Positions 40,770 to 54,814 of a stretch of 64,000 bases of DNA are shown one piece after another (the first letter of the stretch is position 1; every line of letters begins with the position of its first letter). Both the position numbers and the translations under genes were made by a program. The notes under the pieces were generated by a model. That model was not told the origin of the DNA, searched no databases, and saw nothing but the letters and a program-made list of their open reading frames with translations. This stretch comes from Eledone cirrhosa (taxonomy: Eukaryota): contig OZ024742.1 in the NCBI GenBank assembly GCA_964016885.1, positions 219,914,001-219,978,000 on the forward strand, written 5' to 3'.

Positions 40770-43700
40770 AAAAACAACTAAACAAAAACAAGCCTGATAT
40801 ATTTGTTTGGAATAAAAGATAAGAATGCTATACTTTTGGAGGAGGTAAGCTTTTCTGCTCACGTGAGAATTTCTTTAAAAAATTAGTGAAACCTACAGTA
40901 TTTCTATTTAGATTATAAATTTACATTTGTATCCATAAATTAAATTACCAACTGTTTAAATAATCAGCAAATGAATTACTTAGAATATTAACTGTCAAGC
41001 CCAGTCTTCCACAAGCTCTAATGGCTGCTGAATATCAGCTACCAGAGCACAGTTATCTGCATATTGTAGCTGTAGCTCAATGATCTGCTTAGATCTGAGC
41101 TTGGTAATAGTAGAGTTCAATCTACAAGGTCCCAGACCTCATTCACTTACCAAGTGGGATGGAACTTGCGAAATCAGACCTAGGAAACAATGTTTCCATT
41201 GGTATTTCCAGTGCTACTAGTCACAACTCCAAGCAGAATGAGCAATGGGAAATAAAGTGTTGTGCTCAAGGACATAACACAACATCCAGTTCAGGAATTG
41301 AACTCTCTAACCACTAAGCCATGTACCTTGGTGGTACCCTGCAACTTTCATACACATATTTTTACACATTTACAAACAGATACACACACAAACAGATACA
41401 TATAAACACACACACACATATGCAATGCCCAAGGGATGCATGTATATTTTGGCAATCTGAGATTGTGTTGAAACTTGAACATTACATTGAGGAAGACTTT
41501 TTTACAAACTGACAAAAACTTATATTCACTTTTTGTTTATTTCTTAAGAGTACAGTTTAGATGTAGTTGAATTGTGTTGTGATCAGGCTGAAGAAGTGTA
41601 CCCAAATTTGCTGACACTTCATAATAGAGTCTATTAACTCTTAACATCCTGTAAAGATTTAGTAAAAAATATATTTAAAATAGGTTTGGTAATTCAAATG
41701 TTTATGATATATTTACTCATGGACAGAGTATTGTGAAAAATAGCAGCATTAGAGTAAAAACTTTGATTTTTTAAAGTGATGCCATAATAGTGCTGTTTTG
41801 TACTTTCCAAGAATGTTTTGAATGTCTCTTAACATCCTGTACTACATAAAATCATATTATGATTTCATGTGGTACAGGATGTCAAGAGTAAAGAAATAAA
41901 TGAAAAGTAAACTTAATGATTTTTTTCTGAGTTCTTCAATCGTTAAAGTGACTCTTCCCTGATGAAATTGTTTCAGTTTCAACACAAAATTAGATTAAGT
42001 TACTTGCAAAACAAGCACAACTCCAATATATATATATATGCATTCCCGAGGTAATTTCATAAACATAGCAGCAAAAGTCTTCTTTGAATTCTCACAGAGA
42101 AACTTCAATGCATATATCAACATATAAACAGAGTAGACAAGAAAACGAAAGCAACAGAATTTATTATTTATAGCCCATCATACACTTTATATGATATGCA
42201 GATATAATAATACTTCCAATTCTTTTTTTTCAATACCAATAATTGCTAATATGCCAAAAGTATTGAATGTATACGCTTTCTTTTAATACCAATAAGCTTC
42301 CACTGTCTTGGTTCCTTTTAGATTTTAATATATTACTTCAACATAAGTCCAGTTATTGAATATATTCAATCAATCATATTCCTGCAACTGGTGCAACTAG
42401 TCATTGGGGTGCCAGTCTAGACAGTGTTCAAGTAGAGAGAATACCTTGATGTCTGGTAGAGATGGACAGGTAAATTGGTTCTCACCTAATTCTCACTATT
42501 GGCTTTGGAAACCTTTTTAGTCATACCCTGGAAACTGCTTCTGCTAACAGGCTAAACTTAGTGAGGGACTTGATTCTTGGCGAGAAGATGGGCACTACCA
42601 AATATTCTAAGGCCCACTGAAATGCTATGATAGACAAATAGTCAAATTGAACATATTACTGCTATTTATTAAAGAAATTGCAACAGTGAAGTAGATCTAC
42701 ACAATTCTCATCTCTCCAATTTCCCTGATAAGGCTTTGGTTGGACCATGGTTATGATAAAGATATTTGTCCAAGATGTCATGCAGAAGAATCAAACCCAG
42801 GACTTTATGTTTGTTCATATTACTGTATTGCAATTTCCAAATCAGGAGAGTTTAAATTCAGAACATAAAGTGATGTAACTAAATATTGCAAGGTATCCTA
42901 TAGTCTAACAGACTGTGGGATACCTTGCAATATTTAGTCTGCAGATTTTGCAACACAGCATCTTTATTAGCCAATTAATAGTAAGAGAATCATTTTTAGA
43001 TGAAAAGAATATCTAAATATTATGAAATGCAAAAGGCAGTTATTGTTCCACATATATTTGATTGATGAGAACAAGATCTCTCCATGACAGTTTAATTTAT
43101 CTTTATAATCATGGCAGGGATTGCTAGAATTCTCACCCCATGCACAACTAGAATATCAAATAATGTTTATGCTTTCCTACTTCTAAAACAGTTAATTCCC
43201 ATTGAAATAATATGATATCAATCAAATTATAAAGCCTGTCTTATTTAAAATATTTATAATTGAACAGCTCAGTTGAGGATAAATGACTTTCAAATAAACA
43301 CCTGTTAGCGTGTAAATATCTTCATTTAATACCAATATATTCAATTTCGCGCATTAGATATATGAATATTAAAAATAAATTCTGTATTATTCAAATGTCC
43401 TAATGAAGCTAAAATTCTGTACATTACAGTCAAGACAAATAATTGGTGAATAAGTTAATGTATGAAATAATATTTCATTTTACTGTATGGTATTTTGAGT
43501 TAAAACCTGAATTTTACGAGAAAATATGTCATGAAACTAAGTTATAGCAATTTTAACGTTTTTTTTACTATCACACAAGCATTTTAATGTAAATAACTAT
43601 TACAAAATTATAACAATCATAATATTAAATTTTTCTAACATAGGCACAAGACCAAATAATTGTTGGGAGGAAATAGTCAATTAAATCAACAACAATTAAC

Positions 43701-43845
43701 ACTTTAAACTGATATTTTATTTTATTGATCCTTCTGGAGTTGATAAAATTAAGCACCAATCAAGTACTGGGGTTGATTTAATAGACATTCCCCACCTCCA
43801 TATTGCTAGTCATGTGTCTAAATTAGAAATTATTATTATCAAAAA

Positions 43846-44070
43846 GGCAGTGGATTGGCAGTGTCAGTAGAGCTTCGGACACCATGCTTTATGGCATAGA
43901 GTTACAGCCCTTTATGTTCAATTCCTGCCAAGGTTAACTTTGCCTTTCATCTTTACGGGGTTGATAAAATAAAGCACCAGTAATACACTGGGGTCGATTT
44001 AATCGACTTTCCCCTCTTCAATTTGCTGGCCTTGTGCCTATAGTAGAAACAAATATTATTATTATTATTT
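43846..44070 (+). mobile_element. SINE family 1 (longer variant)
   Basis: Head, Nin-like core and (ATT)n tail. Confidence 0.85.
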
Positions 44071-44760
44071 GTAATGCTTTTGTTCTGGCAGATGTTATAC
44101 TGATACTATACCAAAAGAGTGAGCCATAGCCAATGTCCAAAGGTCCTTTGGGTTATTCCTTCTCCTTCAACTTTCCAACACCCTTCTTAGAATTCTTGCT
44201 GCTCCCAGCAAGGCTGTTTTCTGCAACAATCCTGTCCTGATGGTAATTCCTAGCTTCTCACGCCATGTATCCAACCTTCTACTAACTGCTCCTAGTGCGC
44301 CAACCACAATCGGTACCACTTCTACATGTCTGATTCTCTAGTTTCCTGATTTCCCTCTTCAGCTCCTGGTATTTCTTAACTTTCTCACTTTCCTTCTCAT
44401 TGACCCTGGGGTCCCTTGGTGAAGCAACATCCACAATACATGCCTTGATATTCTTTTCTACAATAACAATATCAGGCTTTCTAGCTATGATAAAATGGTT
44501 GCACAGGATGGTCATGTCCCACAAGATATTATACTGTTCATTTTCAGGCACCTTTTCCAGTTAGTTTTCATACCATTTCTCACTTCTGCTCATGTCATAC
44601 TTATGACAGAGTTTCCAATGAACCAATCTGGCAATGTTGTCATGTCTTCTCTTCTACTCTTTCTATGCAAGCATCTTACAGACACTAATAATGTGGTTTA
44701 TTGTCTTACCTTTCTACCACACAGCCTACAAAGTGGGGATCTCACTGACTTATTTTTATT
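44071..44760 (-). mobile_element. Dong/R4-clade LINE 3' fragment (CCHC + RLE)
   Basis: CRLCG..NHII..RRHDNIARLVHW; ILWD..RKPDIVIV..IVDVASP..EKVKKYQEL; LQKTALLGAARILRR; 3' end abuts (TAA)n. Confidence 0.85.
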
Positions 44761-45860
44761 CTTTCCATGCCTGTCTTTTGGCCTTAATCGTCTCATCCAC
44801 CCCTACTATTTCACTACCAAGTTACTCTCCGTCTGCCTAGAGATCTGCTTCAACCACAAATTTTGTTTGTTGCTTTTAGTAGGTTATCTTCAAGGAACTC
44901 CCACTGCTCTTATATATTGTATGTCTCTATTTGCTCTTCCTTACTGCCAAAAACATCAAGCCACATGCCTATAAATTTGTTCCTGGCTGCAGGGTCTTTT
45001 AACTTCCATATTCTTCTCCTCTAGGTTGTCCTTGTCGTTGAGTTCGACTAGCCCTAACTATGGGATTTGCATTCTTCACCAAGGATGGAATTTGTATATA
45101 CAACCATCACTTGTCTTCTGGTAAGGATAAAATCTATCTGGCTGGTTTGCTCACCTGATCAATAGGCGATCAATTGATTGTCTCATTTTTTGAAGTTCAT
45201 GTTACAGATAGATAAATAGATAGATATATCATTGGCATCACATAATTCCAGGAGTCTGAAACCTTCCTCATTTCTAGCACCAAGCCCATAAACCCCATGG
45301 ATCCCATCGAAGCCATCACAATATTGCCCAACATGCCCATAAAAGTCACCTACAATGATTATGGAGTCACTGTCACTTATTTAGGAAGTCATATGCATTA
45401 GAGACTCGTAGAACCTGCCTTTTATTCCATCTGACAGTCCTGATTGAGGTGCATATACAGATATAATTGTTATAGTTGTTCTATTTAGTACTAGTCTAAG
45501 TTTAATGATTTTGTTGTTCACTCTATTTACAGAAATTACCTTGTCTATATATTTTTCTGCCACCACAATCTCTACTCCACCCAGCCTATTGTCATTTCCC
45601 ATCCAGACAGATTTGTAGCATCATTTTTTTTGCCCATAAGGTATCTAGCTGACCTGCCCCCCCCCCCCCCATCTAGTCTTGTGTACATAACACACACCAA
45701 TTTTCTTTCGTTCAACGATTTCTACAATCTCTCCTGATCTCCCTTTCATCGTGCCTATGGTGATGGTGCCAGCTGTGAAGTTATGAAATTCACAGGATGA
45801 GTGAGAGGAAGATGAAAACTTGAGAGGGGCAGTGCAAGATGGATTGGGATTGGTTTTCAA
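44760..45860 (-). mobile_element. Decayed RTE 5' (endonuclease) fragment
   Basis: GTMKGRSGEIVE, GGVEIVVAEK, ISVYAPQSGL, GDFYGHVG and QIDFIL, homologous to 29626-30600. Confidence 0.85.
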
Positions 45861-46259
45861 TGTTATGAAATAGAGAAGAGTGATCGCATAGTCGTTCAGA
45901 GACGGATGGTGAGTTCATATTCATCTTTAGGAATACTCCAGCTTTGTATTTCATTTGCTATACAGAATAATAGTCAGGGCCATAGACAAAGGCAGTAGAA
46001 GTAGTAAGTTATCATGATAGATATTCAGTAAACAGTAACAAGATGCTTGCACTGCTGTGTTTTGATTGGTGACTATGGTGACGTGTGGGGGTGGAAGGGG
46101 GGTGGGAGTAAATGGGGGTATGTTCCTGACAGGAGAGAAAAATAGGAAAGGGGTGAGTTATGAGACCAGAAGTAATGTGGAGGGAGAATGGAGATTTTAG
46201 CTGGGAGAAAATAATAAGCCTTTCACATACTTGATGAATGATGATTGAAAATAGACTTC

Positions 46260-47232
46260 TCATCATCATCACCGTTTTACGTCCGTTCTTCCACGTTAGC
46301 ATGGGTTAGACGGGTTGTCCTGTTGCGGGCAGTGTCTGGTCGGCTGACCATGCCTTGCTCATACAGGAACTGATTTTGCTTGATTTCTACAGCTGGATGC
46401 CCTTCCTAACACCAACCTCATTTACAGTGAGTGCTGGGTGCTTTTTCGTGGCACCTACACGTCCACTTTACAGTGTGGGCTGGGTACTTTTTTGCCGTGG
46501 CACCTCCACGACCACCTTGCAGTGGGAGGGTGTTGGGGCATATTGTCTATATGCTTCAGCTTGTACCCATGGGAGGCTGGGTACTCTGTATTACTGCGTG
46601 ACACCAGAGGTCACGGTCGTGTGTCATCGCCTTTGAGAGGTGTAATTGGGTAAGGTTGGCTTTTATCACCTCATCCCAGGTCTTCTTGGGTCTCCCCACT
46701 CTGTGGTCTCCATTGACTTCTAGTGCTCTGCACCTTTTTATGCAGCTGTCATCCTTCATACGCATCACATGTCCATACCAACGCAACCGCCTCTCCTGCA
46801 CACAGCATTTGATTCCTCTTATGCTCAGTCTATCTCTCAATTCATTTATGCTTTGTCGTTCGCGTATATTACTATTACACATCCATCGGAGCATGCAGGC
46901 TTCGTTTCTCTCTAATCTACGTAAGTGTTCCACCTTCAGCGCCCAGGTCTCACTACCATGTAACATTGCTGTTCGGATACATGCATCATACAGTCTGCCT
47001 TTCATTTTGAGGGAGAAGCCTTTTGCAGCTAGCAGTGGCAGTAGTTCCCTGAACTTCTTCCATCCCATTCTTACCCTAGATATTGTACTTTCTGAACACC
47101 CACCTCCGCTGCTAATTCGGTCACCTAGGTAGCAGAAGTTGTCTACTGTCTCTACAGAGCCCTCCCAGAGATTGGTGGTACTTGTTTCCTGTGGCTGTTT
47201 GCGGCTTGCTGTCCCAGCACAGCTGCTGCATG
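46260..47232 (-). mobile_element. RTE LINE (family A-related) 3' fragment
   Basis: ORF 46556-47068 GWKKFRELLPLL..RRLRWYGH; 3' UTR with the 48-bp module; (GAT)n tail. Confidence 0.92.
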
Positions 47233-48094
47233 TAAAGATATCAGGATATATGATTTAAGAGGCATGGGGTGCAGAAGTGGAGGTGATGTGAAGGAATGCA
47301 CTGCCATAAGGGGTTTCATTTGTTTTTCCCTAGAAAATTCTAACTCAGTATGAAAGAAGGAATGAAGCAAGAAAAATTAAGGTCAACAAGAGAGAAAAAT
47401 ATGAAGGGGGTCAATTATGAGACCTGAAGGTGTAGTGTCGAGGGAAAATGGATATAAATTTGTTCATATTTCCTTATTACATTTATCAGTCTTCCTCAGG
47501 CCAACTGTTGATATTTTTTAGAAGTTTTCTATTTGTATTATCATATTTCTAGCAATATTACTATTGTAGTTGTAGTATATCACTAAAGATTCCCTTTTTT
47601 GTCACATATCTATCAACAGCAAAACAAAATCAGCTCATTTGCTGCCAGTCCTACCTTTCTTAATCTCTAGTTAGATCTGAAGATTAAAAAACAACAACAT
47701 TTTTCTGACAGAACAAAAAGACAAGACTGCAAGTGAGATGTGGTAACATGTCTTAACCTTGCAAATATATGGATTGTTTGTTGGTGTAGATTTATCTTTA
47801 AGAAAGGATGAAAACTTTTGAAAAATATCTTACAACAAAAGATTGAATATATTCCAACTTAAACAATATGCTTCAACTACACAGAACCTGACATAATATA
47901 TTAAAGATGAAAGAAGTTTTTTAGGGTGGTAGGATGAAGTAAATAGATTGGCAAGAATTATAAAGACTATTTAGAAAGATAAGTACTTAGTTTAGTTTGA
48001 TGGAAGAGACAAAGAAAGTAGAAAGTTTGCTGATGTTTTATCTTTAATAGATAAGAGTAATGAAGTCTACTGAAGTGTCATAGAGTGTTGTCAT

Positions 48095-48335
48095 TATCAT
48101 CATCATTATCATTACCATTTTATGTCCATTGTTCCACGCATGCATGAGTTAGATGGTCCTTCTCAGTACAGCATCTCCCTTTCCACTTATCATGTTCCTT
48201 TGTCATCTCCTCCATGAGCTTTAGTGGTCTGAGATCAGTTCTCACCACTTCCATCCAGGTCTTACTTGGTTTTAATCTACTGTGGCACTTCTTCACCCAG
48301 CAGTCAACACCCATGCACATGACATGTCCATACTA
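48095..48335 (-). mobile_element. Short RTE 3' fragment
   Basis: WVKKC..KTWMEVVRTDLR plus tail. Confidence 0.75.
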
Positions 48336-49009
48336 ATGCATCGTTGTTTTTATGCCTGCTTTTCCATGTTAGCATGGATTGAATGAGAAGAAATTTTGAG
48401 AGTATATTCCATGACCAGATGTCCTTCCTCAAGTCAATCCCATTTCCTTTGAAAAAGTATGTTACTGATTCCATTGTACTACTGAGTGAAATTATATATT
48501 GTTTATACAAGACAAAATGTCACCACCAGCATACTTTGAGTCAAACTGATACAAAGATACAGACAAACATAAACACACACACACATATATATCACCATTG
48601 ACATCATCATCACTGTTTTATGCTTGTTTTTCCCCACTGGGATTAGTTGGAAGGGCTGTCACAATCTGAGACCACACAGATTATATGACTATGCCTTGAT
48701 CATATATTCTAGTTTCATATAGCATCAATCTGACCAATTGTTCTACATTGACAATGGCCATACCACATCACTCTGGGCAGTACCAGAGGTTCTACAATGA
48801 CAATGCTCACACCACATCACTATGGCCAGTATTAGAGGTTCTACTAAGACTACTGTCATTCTGTATCAATCTGGAAATCAGGGGTACTGTTCCCTTTTCC
48901 TTTTATCATTCATAAACAAAGAAAAGTCTCAATAAACTACAAGAAAGCTATATATCCTATAACAACTATAATACATTACATACTAAGTATTTAGTAGTAA
49001 TCATCTATT

Positions 49010-49635
49010 TAAAGCTCTATACAGCTATGGTATGACCACACTTGGAATTCGCATCATCAGTCTGGAACCCCTATCTTGCTCAGAACATTGACCTCCTGGA
49101 AACTGTTCAGAGACGTGCAACCAAGCGCATACCCTCCATCAGACACCTACCATACTCTGAACGCCTTGCTTCCCTGGGCATGGATTCATTGAAGCTCTGA
49201 CATCTGGCAACTGACTTGGTAAACACCCACAAAATTATTAACCATCTCGCCAACAACAACCCTGAGCACCTTTTTGATCTCGATGTGTCTAATACACGTG
49301 GACATGCCTACAAAGTCAGAAAACAGCACAGCTCCCTTGACTTTCGGAAACATTTTTTCACGCTTAGAGTTGCTGAAGCATGGAACAAACTGCCTACGTC
49401 AGTTGTTAGCTGTCGAGACACTGCATCCTTTAAAATCCTCATGCTCCCCGAAATTCGCCAAAACTACACCTGATGTCCCCCTTCCATACACATGCATACG
49501 TGTATATCATGACTCATGCACTGTTAATTTTCCTGACGTTTGTACATTACCCTATGTACTATACATACACTTTTGATGAGCTGTAGTGCACTTGAGCACT
49601 GTACACAATATTTTCATTATTATTATTATTTATTT
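49010..49635 (+). mobile_element. CR1-clade LINE 3' fragment
   Basis: PHLEFASSVWNP..LETVQRRATK..YSERL..NTRGH..RKHFFTLRVAEAWNKLP; (TTA)n tail. Confidence 0.9.
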
Positions 49636-52600
49636 CATATGAAATACTATTAAAAATTATACTTAACTTGGTTGCTAGGTACTCAAAATACAGCAGATTA
49701 TACATGTTTAATGTAATATATATTTTGTCTTTGAAAGCTGAAGTACAAAAACTAAGAGAGCTAACTCTGTCAATAAGAAATGTTGATTTCATTTCATTTA
49801 TAATTGTTTAAAGAAATCCTTAGTGAGCTTTACATATTCTTCACTGTAATATATAGATTTCAAATGATCACATCTCAACAGGAAAATATGTAGGATCTTC
49901 TAGGATAGTTGCCCAAATCCTGAAGCTTTTGAAATAATGACTATCATTAGTAAGACAGATGTCAAAATGTTATATAACAATGGGGTTTTATTCTAAACCT
50001 TTAGCATAATGAAATCATTAGAAGCAAAGGCAATGTACTAGAATAAGTAAATTAGAAGTTTAAGTTAATGGACCATATTATAAAGTTAAATGCTGGATTG
50101 GGATGGATTAAATGAGTTGAGGATTTGTAGCATATGTCTAATGAGAGAAATCAGCAAATCGTAACTTGCAGTGGGGAATTAACAGAATTGTTAAATTGTG
50201 GAAGAGAATGCTTTGTGATATTTCTTCTGGATCTCTGTGCTTTAAGTTTAAATCTTGCTGAGGTCAACTTTGCCTTTCACCCTTTCAGAGTTGCTAAAAT
50301 AAAGTAGCAAAGTAGCCATCCAGGACAGTAGATTAGCAGTCAGTAGATTGTTAGAGTCTTGAAAAAGATGCCTTGTGATATCTGTTCTGGTTCTTTGTGT
50401 TCTGTGCTCAAATCTGGCGATAGCCTACATGAGTGGTACACTTAATGAGTCACTTGATTTAACACCTCTATCTGGCTCTGGATGCCTTTTGGGCTAGATC
50501 TTCAGTTTGAGGATAACTCTTCCTCCATCTATCCCCAGATGCTAAAAATATTCATCTGACAAAGCCATTCAAAAAATTTAAACAGATCAAAAACTTTAAA
50601 TATGTCTTAGAAACAGATGTGTGAAACCAATAGCATTATTGATAGCATATTAAAACTAGATCCCTTCATGCTACTGATGGCTTACATATGGTAACAAGCA
50701 GATCTTTTAATGCTTTTGCTGGATTATGTAAGTTATTCATAGATAATTGAGAGATGAAGGGAGAAGAAAACAATTGATTTCAGGATATTCAAAATAAACT
50801 TTAGTTATATATATACCTACATACATGCTCATACTTGATCTGCAGATATTGATGTTTAAATATATCGACTTACATTAATTCAAATGAAAATAGAAAATAC
50901 AGGTATCTATGAATCAGTTATTGTTTTTTGTGGAGATAGAAGCTATCAATAAGTTCAATCGAAACTAGGAATTATATAATGTTTTCCATGATTGGGAATT
51001 ATATTGCACAATGAATCATTGGTAATTCTATCATAAAATGTTTTCCACACTCCAAAACACTTTTCTAGAATAACAGCTGTATATTTCAAAATACATTTGC
51101 AACAATAATGGCGTACATAAAGGTATAAAAACTAGAAAATATATATATCAAAGTATTTTTTTTTTTGTTTGACTAAGTACAAAGGCCGTACATTTCTAGA
51201 GGAGAGAGAGCAATGGGAATTTGTGAAGTTTGCATCTTTCTTATAGCCATTAGTTACATAAGGAAAATGAAATGACTTGAACCAATAATGAAAACCATAC
51301 ATGGCCCTGGGTTTGCCTAAGTTATAACTTCTGCTCTATGTCACTTGCTATATTTCTGTAAAGAATATTAATTACACCTCAGAACTGCAATACAATTTCT
51401 AACATGATATCAAACAACAAAAACACTACAACAAATAATCCTATTTAAAAAATATATTTTGTATCATAATCATTATTTATAAGAGACATAGAAGTGGAGA
51501 AGTCCAGTATTTACATATGAAAGAAAGAACATTATTGGTTGGAGACATTGAAAAACCTGATGCTTAGGATAAAACCATCCCCCAGGAGAAATCTTGATAT
51601 AGATTGCTCAGCATTTCAACAAAATTTGTGTGTGGATGTGTGTGTGTGTACATACATAGGTGCATTGTTCATCAAATCAATATGAAGCATTCACAGATGT
51701 ACCAAAGTGAATATCCACTGAGATGGCCACATGAAATTATTGATATAACAGACTAGCTAAATATACATATATAGACTAAACACCACAACCATACTGCTAC
51801 CTACCTATGCACATATATAATATAGACACTACACATTTCCATCACAACCATCTTTTGAACATAAAATTATAAAGACGGATACTATTGTTAATATAATGAT
51901 AGAAGTAGAATAATATTCTTTTCTTTATTATGGTCCTTCAATTATATAGAACTCTATGAATGTTGGCACAAATTGATACTCAAAAGATGAGGCTGAATCT
52001 TTGGCAAACTGACTGAAAATTAGAAATTTAGGTGTACCCAATGTAATGGAAATGTTTATAGATTGAGTAGCTATAAAGACATTGAAATACTTCAATGATA
52101 AAATCAGAAGCAACTGAAGAAAATGGCTACGTTTTGAAAGAAATGGAGAAAATGAGTGAAATATTGCAACTGTTGGCAACAAAAGAAAGCAAACCAAAAT
52201 CAAATCCATTCAAAATCTATCTTTGACAAAGACAAAACAACCCTTATGATTATATAAATATGAAAGGTCCCAAGTAGAGAAATACTGGGAGTTAATAAGG
52301 TAGATTTGAATTGATGATTTAGTTGATGTCAATAGAAAATGGATGATGAAAAGTATTAGGTTAGACAGAAGACACCTGAAACTCAGGTCTTCATCATTGA
52401 ATAAGAGATGACAAAACATGTTTCAGAATTATACACGTTTTGAGACATTGTTGAAATTAAACCAATTTACATTGTGAAAAAGTCATTTTAGCCATTTTAA
52501 AAACACACAAAATTATTATATTCACTTATCTTATATTTTGTAGTGTCAAAATTTTGATCACATTCTGTGACCTAGTCACAGTCACAATTTCACTACAACA

Positions 52601-52922
52601 AAAACTTAGCCATCATAAAATAAATGGAAAGTGGAAATAAATGTTTATGTATATACATATTTATTTATTTTTAATGGTTAAAATGACTCTTCCATGATCA
52701 TCATCATCTTTCACATTCATTGCAATGGGCTGGACGGGTCCTTCTCAGTACAGCCTCTCTCCATTTGTCGTGTTCTGATGTAATTGCAAAAACATATTTC
52801 TATTTTAGCAACTTCCAATGTACGAAGTATATCTAGGTTAACAAATAAGAAAACATTTCAGGTGATTTGAAAAATAACTCCATTATATTTATAATTGGAA
52901 AACATCTAAAAATGCTAACTTA

Positions 52923-53201
52923 TGGAGGCACATGGCTTAGTGGTTAGAGCATTGGCCTTGCAATCAAAAGGTTGTGAGTTCAATTCTCAGACCGGGTGAT
53001 GTGTTGTTTCCTTGAGCAAGACACTTTATATAACATTGCTCCAGTTTACTCAGCTGTAGAAATGAGATGATAGGGACTGGGGTCCATATGATTCCATGCA
53101 AAGTGGTCGTGGAGGTTCCATGGCAAAAAAGCACCCAGCACTCACTGTAAGGTTGGTGTTAGGAAGGGCATCCAGCTGTAGAAATCAAGCCAGAATCAGT
53201 T
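52923..53201 (+). mobile_element. SINE family 2 (3' end missing)
   Basis: Near identical to 62015-62290 and 16978-17369. Confidence 0.88.
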
Positions 53202-54307
53202 ACCAAATCAATTTTCAGTTTTACAAGCAGGGTTTTGTATTTAAGAAATTCACTATGAGGCCATGTGGATTTAGGGTTCAATTTCACTGCATGGCACCTT
53301 GAGCATGTGTGTTATTCTATAGCTAAGCAGTGAAGTTTGACATGTGAAGGTTAGTAACTTAGAATATTGCTTCAAAAAGTATTGTCCAAACCATACAAGC
53401 ATGAAAATGTGGTTATAAAAATGATAATGATGGTGACACAATTCATACTGGAATAGAAAAGAAAGAATCTAAAATGATATTAAGGATAGTAGTTTTTTGT
53501 TTTGTCTCACTTAAGAAAAATAAATCCAGTTTGACTCTGCTTGCGTTATTTTTCCTGACTAACAAATAAAAAAAAATAAAACAGCTTTCAGCGCTAATTC
53601 ACAGATGAGTGGTTAGAAGAAAGGGAATCAAGCTGTGAAAAAAACCTGCTTTGATAAAACACGATTCCACTAATGCAAGCTTTGAAAGTTGGATGTAAAA
53701 CCAGTGGAAAATACACAAAAGATGTATATTTTCATGCTAGCATCAGTTGAGTGGGAGGTGCCTTGCTTGTCTTTTTATACAGGGATTTTATATTATGGTT
53801 CTATAATCTCCCTGTTGTTAACTACCCAACCATGACTATGTAGTATGTTAGGAAAACTGAAGTAACCAGTGTTATACCTACATTGTTTAATATTGTAATA
53901 GAATGACAGGCATAGTAACTCCCTATATCACACAACCATAGTGCATCTCATATCTTAAAGTCATAATACCTCCCTAATCACAGTTGAAATACCTCACTGC
54001 CAGAATTCTTCCATAATCACACAGCCATCTTAACTCCTCTGTCTTATAGTTACAGTACCTTCTCATTCTCACAGTAACAGTGACTTACAGTCCTAGTACT
54101 TACCTAATCTCACAACCATAGTAATTTTAAAACTGCAGACCCCTAAAACCCTTTTATCTTCCTAGTTATAAAGCTAGAGTACTTCATAGCTACAGCCCCT
54201 CCTTAGACTTACAGCTATAGTATCTCTCCAATTTTAAAGCCTTATAGATCTTACTTCACTAAGTCCAAAGCCACAGTATCTCCAAGTCATTAATTTTAAA
54301 ACCATAA

Positions 54308-54500
54308 GGGGCGGTGGATTGGCAGTATCGGTAAAGGGTCGGACGCCATGCTTTCCAGCATAGTTACGTCCCTTTACGATCTGAGTTCAAATCCCGCCGA
54401 GGTTGACTTTGCTTTTCATCCTTACGGGGTCGATTAAATAAAGTACCAGTAATGAACTGTGTAATTGCTGGCCTTGTGCCTAAAGTAGAAACAATTAATT
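54308..54500 (+). mobile_element. SINE family 1 with TSD
   Basis: Full length; flanked by attaattt(t/a)aaaaccataa. Confidence 0.9.
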
Positions 54501-54814
54501 TAAAAACCATAATAACTCCACAACCTTTCATACAGTCTTAGTACTTCCAGAAAATATACTAAACTGAATTTACCATGAAATTATGCAGGGTGCTTAAAAG
54601 TAGGAAAAATTACTACAGTAAATGTATAGTAAACATTTCATTTAGGTTTTCAATATTTTGAGTTCAAATCCTGCTCAAATTGACTTCCCTCTGCATTGTC
54701 CATCCCAGCCATCACATACACATATATGATCATTAAATTAAGTTACTTAACTAAGTCAGTTTAATTGTCTATACCAGTTATAGTTTTTCTAAATTCTAGA
54801 GGCTTATTGAGCTG

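Noticed and set aside
51928-52419. Two abutting minus-strand ORFs
   Set aside because: No recognisable motif or splice signals; compatible with chance in AT-rich DNA.
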